Source: a candidate division FCPU426 bacterium (lineage in GTDB: Bacteria; Oederibacteriota; Muellerivitia; Muellerivitales; Muellerivitaceae). From it: a stretch of 29,006 bases of DNA. The stretch spans positions 1 through 29,006 of the forward strand of contig CAVTWJ010000017.1 of assembly GCA_963738405.1 (NCBI GenBank), read 5' to 3'. The notes beneath the pieces were generated by a model. The model did not search any database. It saw only the letters and a program-made list of their open reading frames with translations, and was not told the DNA's origin. Position 1 is the first letter of the stretch; each line of letters begins with the position of its first letter. Both the position numbers and the translations under genes were made by a program. Of the stretch, positions 27,474 through 29,006 are shown piece after piece.

Positions 27474-28661
27474 TTAAACCACCTGCCCCGCCGCCCAACC
27501 AGAGGACCAGGCCCATTGAAAATTAAATCCGCCTAACTGCCCCGTCACGTCCAATACCTCGCCGATAAAATAAAGGCCCGGCGTCTTGGACGATTCCATG
27601 GTTCTGGCTGAAAAACCTCTCGTGTCCACGCCTCCCCGGGTCACTTCCGCCTGCCCAAACCCAAAGGTACACGCCGGGATAAAACGGTAGGCGTGAATAT
27701 CCGTGGCAAGGGCCAAAAGCCGCTCATCGGAAAGCGCAGACCAGGGTCCCCTGGCTTCCGCATTCCATGCGATGCGCTCAGCCAAGCGTCGGGGAATACG
27801 TTCAGAAAACCATACCCTGAACTTTCCGCGCCCCCCCTCCGCTTTATCTTTCTGAAGCTGCCAGTAGGTTGTTTCAACGGTGTACTCGGGGACCCAATTA
27901 ACCTCAATTTCACGGTCCGGTTCCCAGTAGAGGGAGGCGTTCAGCATGACCGGACCACTCAAGCCCTTATGGGTGATCATCAAGTCATCTGTCAGGTTCC
28001 AGTCGCCACAGGAAACCCCCACACGAAGGTGTATTCCGGCTAGGTCCTTGAATCGTTCCATTTCCCTCGGCGGAAAGGTAAGCCCCACCAGGGCGGGCGA
28101 GGGTTCCACGATTTCGTGTCCGAATTGACGGGCGATTTTGTAGCCCAGATCCGTGGCGCCCAATTGAGGCCAGGACAAACCTCCGGTCGCGACCACCAAC
28201 CGGGAAGCCGAATAGGTATCCGTTCCCGTTTGGACCCAAAAAACGCCTTCCGAATGGCGCACTTCCCCCACTTGTTGATCCAGGAGGATCTTCACCCCCC
28301 TTTCCTCAGCCCGGGAGACCAGAAGATCAATGATGGCCTTGGCGCTCTTGTCGCAAAAAAGCTGCCCATCTTTCTTTTCGTGATAGGGAATGGACCGGGC
28401 ATGAACCAGGGATATGAAATCTTTGGGGGTAAAACGGGAGAGAGCGTCCCGCACAAACGCGGGATTCGAACTGACATAATGGGCGGGGGTTACATGCAGA
28501 TTGGTGAAATTGCAGCGGCCCCCGCCTGAAACGAGGATCTTAGGGGCCGGGCGTCGCCCTTGCTCGAGAACCAGCACCCGGCGCCCCCGGGCGGCAGCTT
28601 CGGAGGCGCAGAAAAGGCCCGCAGCCCCTCCACCAAGGACAATGACATCGTAGTTTTCCAT
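27474..28661 (-). CDS. HI0933/YhiN (BaiN-like) family FAD-dependent oxidoreductase
   Basis: GGGAAGL, KILVSGGGRCNFTN, ATGGLSWPQLG, THKGLSGP, AEVTRGGV and GEVLDVTGQLGGFNFQWAWSSG motifs. Confidence 0.94.
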   Translation of the reverse strand: MENYDVIVLGGGAAGLFCASEAAARGRRVLVLEQGRRPAPKILVSGGGRCNFTNLHVTPAHYVSSNPAFVRDALSRFTPKDFISLVHARSIPYHEKKDGQLFCDKSAKAIIDLLVSRAEERGVKILLDQQVGEVRHSEGVFWVQTGTDTYSASRLVVATGGLSWPQLGATDLGYKIARQFGHEIVEPSPALVGLTFPPREMERFKDLAGIHLRVGVSCGDWNLTDDLMITHKGLSGPVMLNASLYWEPDREIEVNWVPEYTVETTYWQLQKDKAEGGRGKFRVWFSERIPRRLAERIAWNAEARGPWSALSDERLLALATDIHAYRFIPACTFGFGQAEVTRGGVDTRGFSARTMESSKTPGLYFIGEVLDVTGQLGGFNFQWAWSSGWAAGQVV

Positions 28662-28732
28662 GGGTGCAGGATAACACCCGGATCGAAGGGTACAGGAAAA
28701 TTAAGAAGCTGTACCCAGTCGTGGTGGACGGG

Positions 28733-29006
28733 TCATCCCTGGCGGGTCTTGTTGTTGAACCAAACCACTGCGGCAATTCCGATCAGAATAAAAACAATCC
28801 AAATCACACCTTGGGTTTCAGAGTCACCGAAGAACATACCCCATTTGGTGTTCAATATCCGCCCCAGATAGAAACCCCCAACAACACCGCTCACGGCGTC
28901 CGAAATCATTCCCACGGCCCTCCAAAAGGTAAGGTTGTCCTTCCCCACGCCCCAAAGGTGCTCCACGAAAAATAAATAATCCATCACGTAAAAGGAGCAA
29001 TGCGTC
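28733..29006 (-). CDS. Partial membrane protein (5' end probably outside the window)
   Basis: The frame is open from the right edge to TGA at 28733 and has hydrophobic segments such as VIWIVFILIGIAAVVWF. Confidence 0.55.
   Translation of the reverse strand, partial: THCSFYVMDYLFFVEHLWGVGKDNLTFWRAVGMISDAVSGVVGGFYLGRILNTKWGMFFGDSETQGVIWIVFILIGIAAVVWFNNKTRQG

Overview
A 29 kb stretch of core/regulatory bacterial chromosome, probably from a diderm because it encodes a predicted outer-membrane barrel protein. I found no mobile elements, RNA genes or CRISPR arrays. From left to right it holds: (i) a membrane sensor histidine kinase of at least 1297 aa with seven PAS domains, on the minus strand, missed by the ORF track and cut by the window edge; (ii) two small orphan genes and a single-domain PilZ gene, with sigma-54-type promoters before the PilZ gene and one orphan; (iii) mreBCD with a terminator hairpin in its leader; (iv) a phosphate/polyphosphate cluster: PAP2 phosphatase, Ppx/GppA exopolyphosphatase, two translationally coupled non-canonical thymidylate-kinase-like genes, a membrane-anchored pentein (deiminase-like) enzyme, PhoB/PhoP-PhoR, a lone receiver domain and a PHP phosphoesterase, with recurring TT(A/T)ACA-N5-TT(A/T)ACA boxes; (v) an HExxH protein, an RluA-family synthase, a TPR/beta-barrel protein, polyphosphate glucokinase and TrpB2; (vi) a divergent pair of EAL paralogues, one intact and one degenerate, a DUF2939-like gene and an HI0933/YhiN flavoprotein. 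The best candidate for an undescribed system is the ppx + tandem TMK-like operon, which I infer is a heteromeric polyphosphate-linked nucleotide kinase within a Pho regulon. All calls come from reading motifs by eye; no searches were run.
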